A stretch of DNA of 64,000 nt from Candidatus Lustribacter sp. (GTDB lineage Bacteria > Vulcanimicrobiota > Vulcanimicrobiia > Vulcanimicrobiales > Vulcanimicrobiaceae), in contig OZ255842.1 in assembly GCA_965277805.1 (NCBI GenBank), positions 4,128,001-4,192,000 of the forward strand. Reading direction: 5' to 3'. The notes beneath the pieces are model-generated. The model saw only the letters and a program-made list of their open reading frames with translations, was not told the DNA's origin and ran no database searches. Below, one piece after another: positions 19,514 to 30,088 of this stretch. Numbering within the stretch: the first letter of the stretch is position 1; every line of letters begins with the position of its first letter. The translations under genes and the position numbers were made by a program.

Positions 19514-19537
19514 TGTCATCCTGAGCTTGTCGAAGGA
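19514..19537. repeat. Single copy of a REP-like dispersed repeat TGTCATCCTGAGCTTGTCGAAGGA
   Basis: Resembles the widespread CTTCGACAAGCTCAGG-type intergenic repeat (recognised from memory); only one copy here. Confidence 0.45.
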
Positions 19538-20359
19538 TCAGCTCTCTTTGAGGAAGTTCCGGAGCTTTTCGAGGGCTTTCTGCTGGAGACGCGAGACGTG
19601 CATCTGGGAGACGTTTAGGCGCTTGGCGATCTCGGTCTGCGACACGCTTTCGTAGAAGCGCAAGTAGAGGATCACGCGTTCGCGGCCGCTGAGGACTTCG
19701 AAGGCGCGCTCGAGGTTCGCACGGTCCTCCAAGAGCTCGAGCCCGCTATCGGTCTGACCCACATAATCGGCGAGCGTCTGCGACTTCTTGTCGCCGTCAC
19801 CGTTGAGTTCGGTGTCGAGCGAGAGCAAGTTGTATGCCTGTCCGAGTTCTTGCGCTTCGAGTACGTCTTCTTCCGATGCCCCGAGATGCTGGGCCAGCTC
19901 CGCGACCGTCGGCGAGTGGCCGAGCTTGACGTTGAGCTTCTCGATCGCGCGGTTGACCGCGAGGTTGAGTTCTTGCAGCCGGCGCGGCACCTTGACCGCC
20001 CAGCCCTTATCGCGGAAATAGCGCTTGATCTCGCCGACGATCGTCGGCGTCGCGTAGGTGGTGAATTCCACGCCGCGCTCGAGGTCGAAGCGGTCGATCG
20101 CTTTGAGCAGTCCGACCGTACCGACCTGGATCAAATCGTCGAGCGCTTCGCCGCGATTGGCAAATTTGACGGCCAGGTAGCGCGCTAGGTTGAGATGCGC
20201 GACCACGAGTTCGTTGCGCAAGCGCTCGAATTCAGTTTGTCCGGTGTGGTCGCGGCCGGAATCCTTTTCCGGATGCGACCGCAAGGTTGCAAACCGTGCG
20301 AAGGCTTCGCGCGCTCGCTGGCGATCCCAGCGCTCCGCGTCGATCGGGGCGGAACTCAT
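19538..20359 (-). CDS. sigB: RNA polymerase sigma factor, SigB/SigF/SigG family
   Basis: DLIQVG, FDLERGVEFTTYATPTIVGEIKRYFRDKGWAVKVPRRLQEL, SQTEIA..SQMHVSRL; follows rsbV-rsbW. Confidence 0.92.
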   Translation of the reverse strand: MSSAPIDAERWDRQRAREAFARFATLRSHPEKDSGRDHTGQTEFERLRNELVVAHLNLARYLAVKFANRGEALDDLIQVGTVGLLKAIDRFDLERGVEFTTYATPTIVGEIKRYFRDKGWAVKVPRRLQELNLAVNRAIEKLNVKLGHSPTVAELAQHLGASEEDVLEAQELGQAYNLLSLDTELNGDGDKKSQTLADYVGQTDSGLELLEDRANLERAFEVLSGRERVILYLRFYESVSQTEIAKRLNVSQMHVSRLQQKALEKLRNFLKES

Positions 20360-20360
20360 G

Positions 20361-20792
20361 CTACCCCGAAACGCGCTTGGTCATGACGAGTTGCGTTCCG
20401 TCGCGAACGTCGCTCGTATATTCCACGCTGTCCATGAGTGCACGAATCAGGAATACGCCCAATTCTTCGGTCCGGCCGCCTTCGCCGATGCGTTCTTCCT
20501 CAACGGCGCCCAGCGGCGGCCCTTGTCCGCGATCGCGCACCGTCAGCACGATGCTGTCGTCGGTCACCTCGCAGACGATGACGATCGAGCCGTCGGCCAT
20601 GCCGTGCTGAATCGCGTTCGTGCACGCTTCCGCCACGGCTAATTTGATGTCTTCGATATCGTCGACCGAGAAACGCTGGCGGCTGGCCACCGCAGCCACC
20701 GCTAATCGCGCGACCGCAACCCACTCGGCAACCGCTGGGATTTCCAGCCGCACGACGCCGTGCGACTTGGACGCGGCCGGAGCCGGATTCAT
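20361..20792 (-). CDS. rsbW: Anti-sigma factor Ser kinase
   Basis: DIKLAVAEACTNAIQHG, VRDRGQG, LGVFLIRALMDSV. Confidence 0.92.
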   Translation of the reverse strand: MNPAPAASKSHGVVRLEIPAVAEWVAVARLAVAAVASRQRFSVDDIEDIKLAVAEACTNAIQHGMADGSIVIVCEVTDDSIVLTVRDRGQGPPLGAVEEERIGEGGRTEELGVFLIRALMDSVEYTSDVRDGTQLVMTKRVSG

Positions 20793-21133
20793 GCCAGGGC
20801 CTTCATCGCGCTCTGCTCGTCATCGAAGATGCCGAAGATCTTCACGAGACCCGTGATGTCGAAGATCTTCTTGATCTGCGGATTCGTGCAGACGAGGTTC
20901 ACCGAACCTCCGTGCTCGCGCACGCGTTTGAGACCACCGATGAGGACGCCCAATCCGGTCGAATCGATGTAGCGCACTTTCTCGAGGTTGATCACGAGAT
21001 TGTAGTGCTCTTTGTCGATCAGCTCGGTAATCGCGTCCTTGACTTTCGGTGAGGTGTAGACGTCGATCTCACCGGTTAGGTCGACGACGTACGCGTCGCC
21101 TTCAGACTCGCGTACGTTGACTTTGATATCCAC
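20789..21133 (-). CDS. rsbV: Anti-anti-sigma factor (STAS)
   Basis: GEIDVYTSPK, YIDSTGLG phospho-Ser motif, IFDITGL. Confidence 0.95.
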   Translation of the reverse strand: MDIKVNVRESEGDAYVVDLTGEIDVYTSPKVKDAITELIDKEHYNLVINLEKVRYIDSTGLGVLIGGLKRVREHGGSVNLVCTNPQIKKIFDITGLVKIFGIFDDEQSAMKALA

Positions 21134-21141
21134 CGTTTCTC

Positions 21142-21465
21142 CTACGTTCGGCTCTGAAGTTCGTTGCGTTGTTGTTCCGCAGCGTCTATACCCTCGGCGA
21201 CGGCCCCGTCAACGCGCGCCCGCGCGCGTTCCACAATGGCGCGACCGCGCTCGAGTAATTCGTTGGTTTGACCGCCGAGCGTCTCACCGACGTCGCCGGC
21301 GGTTTCGCGCGCCCGATCGGCGGCTTCACGCGCTTTCGCGCGCAGGGTATCGCGGGTCGCATCGCCCGATTGCGGCGCCGCGATCATGGCGAGCGTTGCC
21401 CCGGCGAGTAATCCCAGCAGCAATCCGGTTGTAAAGCCGCCGCCGCCCGAATCCTCATCGGACAT
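21142..21465 (-). CDS. YtxH-domain general stress protein
   Basis: GLLLGLLAGATLAMIAAPQSGDATRDTL signature. Confidence 0.85.
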   Translation of the reverse strand: MSDEDSGGGGFTTGLLLGLLAGATLAMIAAPQSGDATRDTLRAKAREAADRARETAGDVGETLGGQTNELLERGRAIVERARARVDGAVAEGIDAAEQQRNELQSRT

Positions 21466-21887
21466 TAGTTGTTCCCCGGATCGGCGTCGGAACGGCGTCC
21501 GACCACGAGACGGCGCACGCCGGCAGTGATGCCGGTGAGCGTGGCGCCCACATTGACGATGGCCGGCGCGACCGCGCGATTGGCGAGGTCGGACGTTTTG
21601 ACGACGTTTGATGCAACAGATTCGAGCGAACCGACCACGCCGCTGAGGCGGGCGACGGTTGCATCGGCCGTATCGGCGATGCCGCCGACGTGCGAAAGCG
21701 TCTCCGCGACCGGCGCTGAGAGCGCGGCGATTTGACGATCGACTTCATCCAGCGTGCCGTTGAGACGGCGCAGCGTGCCGGCGATGCCCGAGCAAAGAAC
21801 CAGTACCCCGATCCCGATCAGGAGGACGCCTAAACCAGCACCGGCACTGAACACCAGATGCGGCCAATCGAAATCTGAGGTTACCAC
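21465..21887 (-). CDS. DUF948 (YtxG/YoxC-like) membrane-anchored coiled-coil protein
   Basis: N-terminal TM, then LRRLNGTLDEVDRQI heptads; GGAGGA SD; precedes ytxH. Confidence 0.75.
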   Translation of the reverse strand: MVTSDFDWPHLVFSAGAGLGVLLIGIGVLVLCSGIAGTLRRLNGTLDEVDRQIAALSAPVAETLSHVGGIADTADATVARLSGVVGSLESVASNVVKTSDLANRAVAPAIVNVGATLTGITAGVRRLVVGRRSDADPGNN

Positions 21888-21925
21888 CAGTCCTCCGAAT
21901 GCTCGCTAGAGCCACGCAGCGCAAG

Positions 21926-21950
21926 TACCCAGGTCGGCCGGTTCCTACAC
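21926..21950 (-). promoter_or_regulatory. SigB-type promoter GTGTA-N15-GGGTA (putative autoregulatory promoter of the sigB operon)
   Basis: Read directly; overlaps the iscS stop. Confidence 0.65.
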
Positions 21951-23093
21951 GTCAGCGGTCTGCATCCGCTCGACTACCCGGCCAACGACCGCCGCGGCGT
22001 CATCCACGTCCGCCTCGGTAGTCGATCGTCCAAGAGAAAACCGCAACACGCCCGTGGCATACTCGGGTGGGACACCCAAGGCGGCGACGACGTGGCTCGG
22101 CTCCAAGGACCCGGCAGCACACGCGCTTCCCGCCGACGCTGAAACGCCCTCCAGGTCGAGCGCCATCAGCAGCGCGTCGGAGGGCAGGCTGGGGAACCCG
22201 ATGCTCAGGATGTGGGGCGCCCGCGGCGCGGCCGACCCGAGTTCGATCGTGCCGGGCACCCCCGCCGCGATCGCCGCGCCCAGCCGGTCGCGAAGGGCCG
22301 TGACGCGCACGAGGGTCGCGGCCCGCTCCGCCGCTGCCAACTCGAGCGCGCGCGCGAGGCCCGCGATCCCGGCCAGGTTCTCGGTCCCCGATCGCAGGCC
22401 GTGTTCTTGGCCGCCGCCCACGATCTGCGCTTCCAGCGGCGTGCCCCGGCGTACGTAGAGGACGCCGACCCCCTTCGGGCCGTTGAACTTATGTGCCGAG
22501 AGCGAGAGCAGATCGACGCCGAGGGAGCCGGGGTCGAGGTCGAGGTAGCCGGCCGTCGCCACGGCGTCCGTATGAAGGAGGGCGCCCGCCGCCCGTGTGA
22601 ACGCGGCGATCTCCGCCAGCGGCTGGAGCGTTCCGATCTCGTTGTTCGCGAGCATGATCGACACGAGCGTCGTATCCGGGCGCAGCGCGGCCGCCACGGC
22701 TGCGGGCTCCACTACGCCGTCGGCGTTGACCGGCAGCCGCGTGACGCTCCACCCGTCCGCCTCCAGCACGTCGAACGCGTGCAGCACGGCGTGATGCTCG
22801 ATCACGGTCGTGATGACGTGCTTGCCGGCGGCCGCGCGCGCTTTGGCGGCACCGACGATCGCGAGCACGTCCGCTTCGGAACCGCCGCCGGTGAACACGA
22901 TCTCGCGCGGTGCCGCGTGCAGCACGCGCGCGACGGCGGCGCGGGCCTCATCGAGCGCCGCGCGCGCTTCGCGGCCCTGCGCGTGCGCCGAACTCGGATT
23001 GTAGCCGCCGGACAGCAGCGGCACCATCACGTCGATTACTTCGGGCCGCGCGGTCGTCGTCGCGGCGTTGTCGAGATAGATGTTGGCGTTCAT
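21945..23093 (-). CDS. iscS: Cysteine desulfurase (IscS/NifS family)
   Basis: YLDNAATT, NPSS, IEHHAV, SAHKFNGPKGVG, RSGTEN, SAGSAC. Confidence 0.93.
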   Translation of the reverse strand: MNANIYLDNAATTTARPEVIDVMVPLLSGGYNPSSAHAQGREARAALDEARAAVARVLHAAPREIVFTGGGSEADVLAIVGAAKARAAAGKHVITTVIEHHAVLHAFDVLEADGWSVTRLPVNADGVVEPAAVAAALRPDTTLVSIMLANNEIGTLQPLAEIAAFTRAAGALLHTDAVATAGYLDLDPGSLGVDLLSLSAHKFNGPKGVGVLYVRRGTPLEAQIVGGGQEHGLRSGTENLAGIAGLARALELAAAERAATLVRVTALRDRLGAAIAAGVPGTIELGSAAPRAPHILSIGFPSLPSDALLMALDLEGVSASAGSACAAGSLEPSHVVAALGVPPEYATGVLRFSLGRSTTEADVDDAAAVVGRVVERMQTADV

Positions 23094-24460
23094 TCGGGAA
23101 ACGGATCCTCGTCGCTCGAACCGCGGCGCGCGTCGATCCAGGCGCGCATTTTGGCTTCTTCGCCTTGTTTGCCGGGCTGGAAGTACGCGCGGCCCTGAAG
23201 CGCTTCGGGCAAGTTCTGCTGCAGCACGACCGCCGGTGGCGCGTCGCCTTCGGCCTCCATCGCTGCGTAGTCGTCGTGCGCGTAGCGGTAGCCGCTGCCG
23301 TACCCGAGATGCTTCATCAATTTCGTGGGCGCGTTGCGCAGGTGCAGCGGCACCGGATCGTTGCGCGTCGACTCCACGTCGGCCATCGCCGCACCGTACG
23401 CGCGCCCGATCGAGTTGCTCTTCGGCGCGGTCGCCAGATAGAGCACGGCGTGGGCCAGCGGATAGTGGCCTTCGGGCATGCCGATGAAGTGCACGGCCTG
23501 CTGTGCCGCAACCGCGACTTGCAGCGCGCGCGAATCGGCGAGCCCGATGTCTTCGCTTGCGAGAATCACGAGCCGGCGCGCGATGAAGAGCGGATCCTCA
23601 CCGCTTTCGATCATGCGCGCGAGGTAGTAGATCGCGGCATCGGGATCGCTGCCGCGGATCGTTTTGATGAACGCGCTGATCGTATCGTAGTGGCCGTCGC
23701 CGTCTTTGTCGTAGTTGCGCGCGCGCTGCTGCATCGCATCGGCGATCGTCTTGCGATCGATCACCGCCGTTCCGTCGGCGTTCTTGGGTGCGGCGGCCGC
23801 GGCGAATTCCAGCGTGCTCAGCGCCGCGCGCGCATCGCCGTTCGCCAGATTGACCAAATGCTCGAGGGCATCCGGCTCGATCGTCACGTGGTCATTGCCC
23901 AGGCCCCGTTCTTTGTCACTGAGCGCGCGCTCGACGATCGTCCGGATATTATCGTCGGTGAGCGACTGCAGAACGAACACGCGCGAACGCGAGAGCAGCG
24001 CCGAATTGACTTCGAACGACGGGTTCTCGGTCGTGGCGCCGATCAGCGTGACGGTGCCGTCTTCGACGTACGGCAAGACCGCATCTTGCTGGGCTTTGTT
24101 GAAGCGGTGGATCTCATCGATGAAGAGCACGCTGCGCTTGCCCGCGCGCTTGAGCTTCGCCGCATCGGCCATCACGCGCCGCAGGTCGGCGACGCCGGCG
24201 CTCACCGCGGAGAGCGATTGAAAGTTCGCACCGCTCGATGCCGCGATCACGCGCGCGAGCGTCGTCTTGCCGGTGCCCGGCGGGCCCCAGAGGATCATCG
24301 ACGGCAAACGGTCGGATTCGATCGCGCGGCGCAGCGCGCGGCCCGGCCCGACGATCTGCTCTTGGCCGACGAACTCGTCGAGCGACCGCGGCCGCATGCG
24401 CGCTGCCAGCGGTCCGCGCACGGTGCCGTCGCCGTCCGAGGACTCGAAGAGCCCGAGCAC
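23090..24460 (-). CDS. rarA: Replication-associated recombination protein A (AAA+)
   Basis: PLAARMRP, WGPPGTGKTT, DEIHRFNKAQQD, ATTENPSF, SEDIGLAD, VPLHLRNA. Confidence 0.97.
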   Translation of the reverse strand: MLGLFESSDGDGTVRGPLAARMRPRSLDEFVGQEQIVGPGRALRRAIESDRLPSMILWGPPGTGKTTLARVIAASSGANFQSLSAVSAGVADLRRVMADAAKLKRAGKRSVLFIDEIHRFNKAQQDAVLPYVEDGTVTLIGATTENPSFEVNSALLSRSRVFVLQSLTDDNIRTIVERALSDKERGLGNDHVTIEPDALEHLVNLANGDARAALSTLEFAAAAAPKNADGTAVIDRKTIADAMQQRARNYDKDGDGHYDTISAFIKTIRGSDPDAAIYYLARMIESGEDPLFIARRLVILASEDIGLADSRALQVAVAAQQAVHFIGMPEGHYPLAHAVLYLATAPKSNSIGRAYGAAMADVESTRNDPVPLHLRNAPTKLMKHLGYGSGYRYAHDDYAAMEAEGDAPPAVVLQQNLPEALQGRAYFQPGKQGEEAKMRAWIDARRGSSDEDPFPE

Positions 24461-24465
24461 GTCCG

Positions 24466-25122
24466 TTATTTCCGGGGCTTCTTCGTCGGTTTCGGCGAGG
24501 GCGGCGGCCCGGGTGAACCCTGCGGGATCGGCTGGCGGATGATCATCGGCGCACCGTTCGCGACCACGTCGCGCGTTTGCAAGTTGTAGTCGACCACGCC
24601 GGCCTTCATGCTGCTATCGCCCTCGGCCAGCACGACGTTGCCTTCGAGGTGCAGCGTGTGTTTGGTCTGGTTGAGCACGCCGCGGTCGGCGGTGCCGATA
24701 CGATTGCCTTGTACGAACCGGAAGTTCCCGTGCGCGTCATACGACTTGTTTTTCGAATCGATCGTCAGTTCATCGCACGTGATCGTCGACGGACCCTGAT
24801 AGTCGCCCCCGGCCTCCTTGGCTTCGGGCGCGCCGCCGCTATCGTGGACGACGACGCCGCCGATCAACGTCGCGGTGCCGAGCTTCGTATTGCCCTTGGC
24901 GTGATCACCGCGCGCATCCGTGCCGGGACGCGTGACCTTCACTTCGTGCGGCATCGTGAAGTCGCCGGAGGTCATGTTCCAGTTGGTCTGATCGGTTTCG
25001 ATCTGGTAGCCGTTCATCTCCATCCCCGACGACGCCGGAGCGGAAGACGGCGCCGGTGAAGCGGCCAGCAGAACGAACGCCGTGACGGCTGTCGCCAGCG
25101 ACCGCAGCGTTCGCGTGTTCAT
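24466..25122 (-). CDS. LptA/OstA-like beta-jellyroll exported protein
   Basis: Signal peptide; repeated ITCDEL/GTADRG/HLEGNVVL/MKAGVVDYNL strands. Confidence 0.7.
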   Translation of the reverse strand: MNTRTLRSLATAVTAFVLLAASPAPSSAPASSGMEMNGYQIETDQTNWNMTSGDFTMPHEVKVTRPGTDARGDHAKGNTKLGTATLIGGVVVHDSGGAPEAKEAGGDYQGPSTITCDELTIDSKNKSYDAHGNFRFVQGNRIGTADRGVLNQTKHTLHLEGNVVLAEGDSSMKAGVVDYNLQTRDVVANGAPMIIRQPIPQGSPGPPPSPKPTKKPRK

Positions 25123-25125
25123 CTC

Positions 25126-26208
<1,083 letters not shown>

Positions 26209-26267
26209 TTACCGGTGAAGGCCGGTCCTCCTGGGTCAATCGTGCGGCAGCCCGAAAGCATTACACC

Positions 26268-27233
26268 ATGCTTTCCCTCTCTCACACGCTCCGGGTGACG
26301 CGCCTCACGGCAGCTCTGCTCGGCGTCGCTGCCGTTGTCGGCGTCGCGCTGCCCGGCAGCGCCCAAGCGGTCGCGACGCTCAAAATCGCGACCACGCCGA
26401 CCGACATCGGCTCGCAAGTCTTTTACGCTCAGGATAAGGGCTTCTTCAAGAACAACGGCCTCGACGCGCAGATCCAGGTGATTTCGAACGGCGCGGCCAT
26501 CACCGCGGCGGTGATGTCGGGTGCGCTCGACATCGCGCAATCGAATATCGCCTCGCTCGCCGCGGCGCACGATGCCGGTCTCGATATCGTGATCGTGGCG
26601 CCGGCCGGTTCGTACTCGAGTAAGGAACCGACGACCGCGCTGATCGTGAGCAAGAACTCGCCGATCAAAACGGCCAAAGACCTCAACGGCAAGATCATCG
26701 CCGGCAACGGCCTCAAGAACATCACCCAAGTCGGGGCGTTCGCGTGGATGGACAAGAACGGCGGCGACCCGTCGACCACGAAGTTCGTCGAGATGCCGTT
26801 CCCCGATATGCCGGGCGCGCTCGCGCAAGGCCGCATCGACGCGGCGGTGATCGCGGAACCGGAGCTCAGCACCGCGCTCGCCAAAGGCGAGGTTCGCGTG
26901 CTCGCCAACTGCTATGACGGCATTGCGAAAGACTTCATGATCGGCGCCTGGTTTACGACCGGCACGTGGGCGAAAGCACATCCGGATCTGGTGAAACGCT
27001 TCTCCAAAGCGATGTCGCAAACGGCCGAGTGGGCCAACAAAAATCAAGCCGCATCGGGCGTGATGCTCACCAAGTACACCAAGATCGAAGTGGCACCGGG
27101 CATGAAGCGCACGGTCTACGCCGACAAACTCGAACCGGCGCTCGTGCAGCCGCTCATCGACGCAGCGGCCAAATACGGCATCACGAAAGCGACGTTCCCC
27201 GCCGCCACGATCATCGACCCGAACGCGCGCTAA
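26268..27233 (+). CDS. ABC transporter substrate-binding protein, NitT/TauT family
   Basis: Signal peptide; YAQDKGFFKNNGLD; DLNGK; GRIDAA; paralogue of 1390-2358. Confidence 0.85.
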   Translation: MLSLSHTLRVTRLTAALLGVAAVVGVALPGSAQAVATLKIATTPTDIGSQVFYAQDKGFFKNNGLDAQIQVISNGAAITAAVMSGALDIAQSNIASLAAAHDAGLDIVIVAPAGSYSSKEPTTALIVSKNSPIKTAKDLNGKIIAGNGLKNITQVGAFAWMDKNGGDPSTTKFVEMPFPDMPGALAQGRIDAAVIAEPELSTALAKGEVRVLANCYDGIAKDFMIGAWFTTGTWAKAHPDLVKRFSKAMSQTAEWANKNQAASGVMLTKYTKIEVAPGMKRTVYADKLEPALVQPLIDAAAKYGITKATFPAATIIDPNAR

Positions 27234-28579
27234 CTAAACGCGGGGTATTCGCTGGTTTCGAACGTTCCGACGGGTTCGGTTTCGGGAATGACACCGCTCG
27301 AGCGCTGCACCTGCGCGCCGAGCGCCGAGAGCGACTCTTCCAAACGTTCGTAACCGCGATCGATGTATTCGAGGCCGATGATCTCGGTTTCGCCGCTGGC
27401 GGCGAGACCCGCGATAACCAGCGCCGCACCGGCGCGAATATCGGGCGCTTCGACCGGCGCACCGGAGAGCGCGCTGCCGCCTTTGACGAGCGCCGTGTTG
27501 TTGTCCATCGCCACGCGAACGTCGGCGCCCATGCGCGAGAGTTCGTTGACGTACGAGAAACGCGCGTTGAAGATCGACTCTTCGACGACGCTCGTGCCGG
27601 GCGTGGTGCATAGGAACGTCAGCATCTGCGGCTGCAGGTCGGTCGGGAAACCCGGATGCGGCGCCGTGACGATATCGGTGCCGCTCTTGACCGCGTCGGC
27701 TTGAATGCGAATCCAATCGTCGCCCGTCGTGACGTCAACGCCGCACTCTTGCAGCTTGAGCAAGAGCAGCGCAAGATCGTTGGGCCGGCAGCGCGTCACG
27801 GTCACGTCGCCGCGCGTGATCGCGCCCGCGATCAGCAGCGTACCGGTTTGAATGCGATCCGGAATGATCTCGTATTCGACGCCGTGCAGTTTCTTGACGC
27901 CGGTGACCGCGATCGTGTCCGAACCCTGACCAACGATCTTCGCGCCCATCGCGACGAGGAAGTTCGCCAAGTCGACGACTTCGGGTTCCATCGCGGCGTT
28001 GACGATCGTGGTCGTGCCCTTCGCCTTGATCGCGGCGAGCATCGCGTTCTTCGTCGCGCCGACGCTCGGCGTGCGGAAACGGACTTCGCTGCCGCGCAGC
28101 GTGGCGCCGTCGGCGCTCGCAACGAGGAAGCCGTGCGACACGGCGACGCTTGCTCCGAGCGCGCGGAAGGCGGCCTCGTGCATGTCGGTCGCGCGCGTGC
28201 CCAAGATGCAGCCGCCCGGGAGCGGAACTTCAGCCCGGCCGAAACGGCCGAGCAACGGACCGCAGAGATCGAACGACGCCGCGAGCTTACGCACCAGCGC
28301 GTAGGGCGCGCGGTGGGTGTTGACGTTCGAGGCATCGATCGTGATCGTGTTCGGGCCGTCGAGCGTGAGGCGCGCGCCGAGTGCTTCGAGCAGCGACCAC
28401 ATCACCGAGACGTCGGTGATGCGCGGAACGCGGTGCAGCGTCACCTTCTCGTTGGTGAGGATCGTCGCGGCCATGATGGGCAGGGCCGCGTTCTTCGCGC
28501 CGTGGGTGTCGATCGAGCCTTCGAGCCGGGCGCCGCCGCGGCAGCGCAGTATCGTGTCGAGCCGGTCGAGGACGTTCAC
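27230..28579 (-). CDS. murA: UDP-N-acetylglucosamine 1-carboxyvinyltransferase
   Basis: GAKNAALP, LPGGC (catalytic Cys), SVGAT, EPEVVDL, PGFPTDLQ, DIRAGA, IDRGYE; start taken at GTG 28579. Confidence 0.96.
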   Translation of the reverse strand: MNVLDRLDTILRCRGGARLEGSIDTHGAKNAALPIMAATILTNEKVTLHRVPRITDVSVMWSLLEALGARLTLDGPNTITIDASNVNTHRAPYALVRKLAASFDLCGPLLGRFGRAEVPLPGGCILGTRATDMHEAAFRALGASVAVSHGFLVASADGATLRGSEVRFRTPSVGATKNAMLAAIKAKGTTTIVNAAMEPEVVDLANFLVAMGAKIVGQGSDTIAVTGVKKLHGVEYEIIPDRIQTGTLLIAGAITRGDVTVTRCRPNDLALLLLKLQECGVDVTTGDDWIRIQADAVKSGTDIVTAPHPGFPTDLQPQMLTFLCTTPGTSVVEESIFNARFSYVNELSRMGADVRVAMDNNTALVKGGSALSGAPVEAPDIRAGAALVIAGLAASGETEIIGLEYIDRGYERLEESLSALGAQVQRSSGVIPETEPVGTFETSEYPAFS

Positions 28580-28793
28580 GCCGGGTCTTTGCCGCCGGGA
28601 AGCTGGCGGCCGCGGTCGCGGGCCGACTCCATCGCCCAATTACAGAGCCACAGGGCAGACAGCGGCAACGCGATCTCTAAGACCTTGACCCAAACCGGAG
28701 CAGGCTTCATTGCCCCAGGTTCATTCGCTCGTGCCACCGATGAATCTTACCGGCGGTCGTGGTACTCCAAACGTGTGATCGAACGGAGGTTTC

Positions 28794-30053
28794 GTGCAGC
28801 GTAGCATCATCGCGCCCGCCGAGCGGGTGACCAATCTCAGGTGGGGCATCGCCCTGCTGTTGGGGATCGGGATTCTGATCAGTTCGATCGACCGGATCGA
28901 CCTGACCGTCGCGGGCGGTGCCCTGGGTCACGAGTTCGGCCTCAACGCCGAGGCGCTGGGCTACCTGTTCGGCGCGTACGGCGTCACCTACGCGATCGCG
29001 CAGATCCCGGCCGGGGTGCTCCTCGACCGTTTCGGGGTCCAGCTCGTCGGGCGCGTTGCGGCGCTGGCCTGGAGCCTCTTCGCGCTGCTCAGCGCGGCGG
29101 CCGGATCGTTCGGCATGCTCGTCGCTGCGAACCTCGCCCTGGGTCTCGGCAAGGCTCCGGCCTACCCGCTGAGCGCTAAGGCGACGGGCTACTGGTTTCC
29201 GGCCCGCGAGCGGAGCACCGCGACCGCGATCTTCGATGCAGGCGCGAAGCTCGCGACGGCGATCGGGATGCCGCTCCTCTCGCTGATCGTAATGACGCAC
29301 GGCTGGCGCGCGATGTTCCTCGTCACGGGCATCGTGAGCTTGCTCTTTTTCGGCGCGTTCTTTCTCTTCTATCGCGATCCGGCCGGCGACGCGCGGCTCA
29401 CGCACGCCGAGCGCGTGCACATCGAGACCGGTAACGCGCAAGCCGCCGGGCTTCCGGCGAGTGGTGCGCTCGCGGGTTTGCTGGGTCAGGCGAAGGTGTG
29501 GGGCATCACGATCGGGTTCGGAGCCTACGGCTACGCGTTCTTTTTGCTGCTTACGTGGCTGCCCGGCTACCTCGCGAACACGTTCGGCATGTCGCTGCTT
29601 GCGACGGGCCTCTACACGGCGATCCCGTGGCTGATCGCGGCGATCGCCGAAGTGCTCGTCGGCGGCGTACTCGTCGATGCGCTGATCGCACGCGGAGCGA
29701 ATGCGATGCGCGTGCGCAAGTCCGTGCTCGTCGTCGGGATGCTGCTCGGCGTGAGCATCTTCGGCGCGGCGATGACGCGCGATCCCAACGTCGCGATCGC
29801 GTACATCGCCGTTGCGCTCGCCGGACTCGCGGTGGCCGCGCCGGTCGCGTGGTCGCTGCCGTCGCTGATCGCGCCGCCCGGGACCGTCGGCACGGTCGCA
29901 TCGATCATGAACTTCGCCAACATCGTAATGGCATTCGTTGCGCCGATCGTGGCCGGTCACATCGTTGCGTCGACCGGCAGCTTCACCAACGTGTTATACA
30001 CAGCCGCCGGAGCTTTGATCGTAGGCGTTCTCAGTTACGTACTTTTGCTCTAA
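28794..30053 (+). CDS. MFS transporter (ACS/D-galactonate-like)
   Basis: IDRIDL, QIPAGVLLDRFG, WFPARER, about 12 TM; GGAGG SD. Confidence 0.88.
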   Translation: MQRSIIAPAERVTNLRWGIALLLGIGILISSIDRIDLTVAGGALGHEFGLNAEALGYLFGAYGVTYAIAQIPAGVLLDRFGVQLVGRVAALAWSLFALLSAAAGSFGMLVAANLALGLGKAPAYPLSAKATGYWFPARERSTATAIFDAGAKLATAIGMPLLSLIVMTHGWRAMFLVTGIVSLLFFGAFFLFYRDPAGDARLTHAERVHIETGNAQAAGLPASGALAGLLGQAKVWGITIGFGAYGYAFFLLLTWLPGYLANTFGMSLLATGLYTAIPWLIAAIAEVLVGGVLVDALIARGANAMRVRKSVLVVGMLLGVSIFGAAMTRDPNVAIAYIAVALAGLAVAAPVAWSLPSLIAPPGTVGTVASIMNFANIVMAFVAPIVAGHIVASTGSFTNVLYTAAGALIVGVLSYVLLL

Positions 30054-30088
30054 ATGTTGCCTTCATCTTATGACGTTACGCTGGAGGC

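Noticed and set aside
15290-24589. Long antisense or alternative-frame ORFs (e.g. 15290-17218, 22910-24589; likewise 5214-6680, 36640-38187, 45784-47298)
   Set aside because: Stop-poor shadows expected in high-GC coding DNA; no motifs, and they overlap well-supported genes.
28580-28793. 213-nt intergenic region between murA and the MFS gene as a possible riboswitch or sRNA
   Set aside because: No recognisable riboswitch core or terminator; consistent with divergent promoters.
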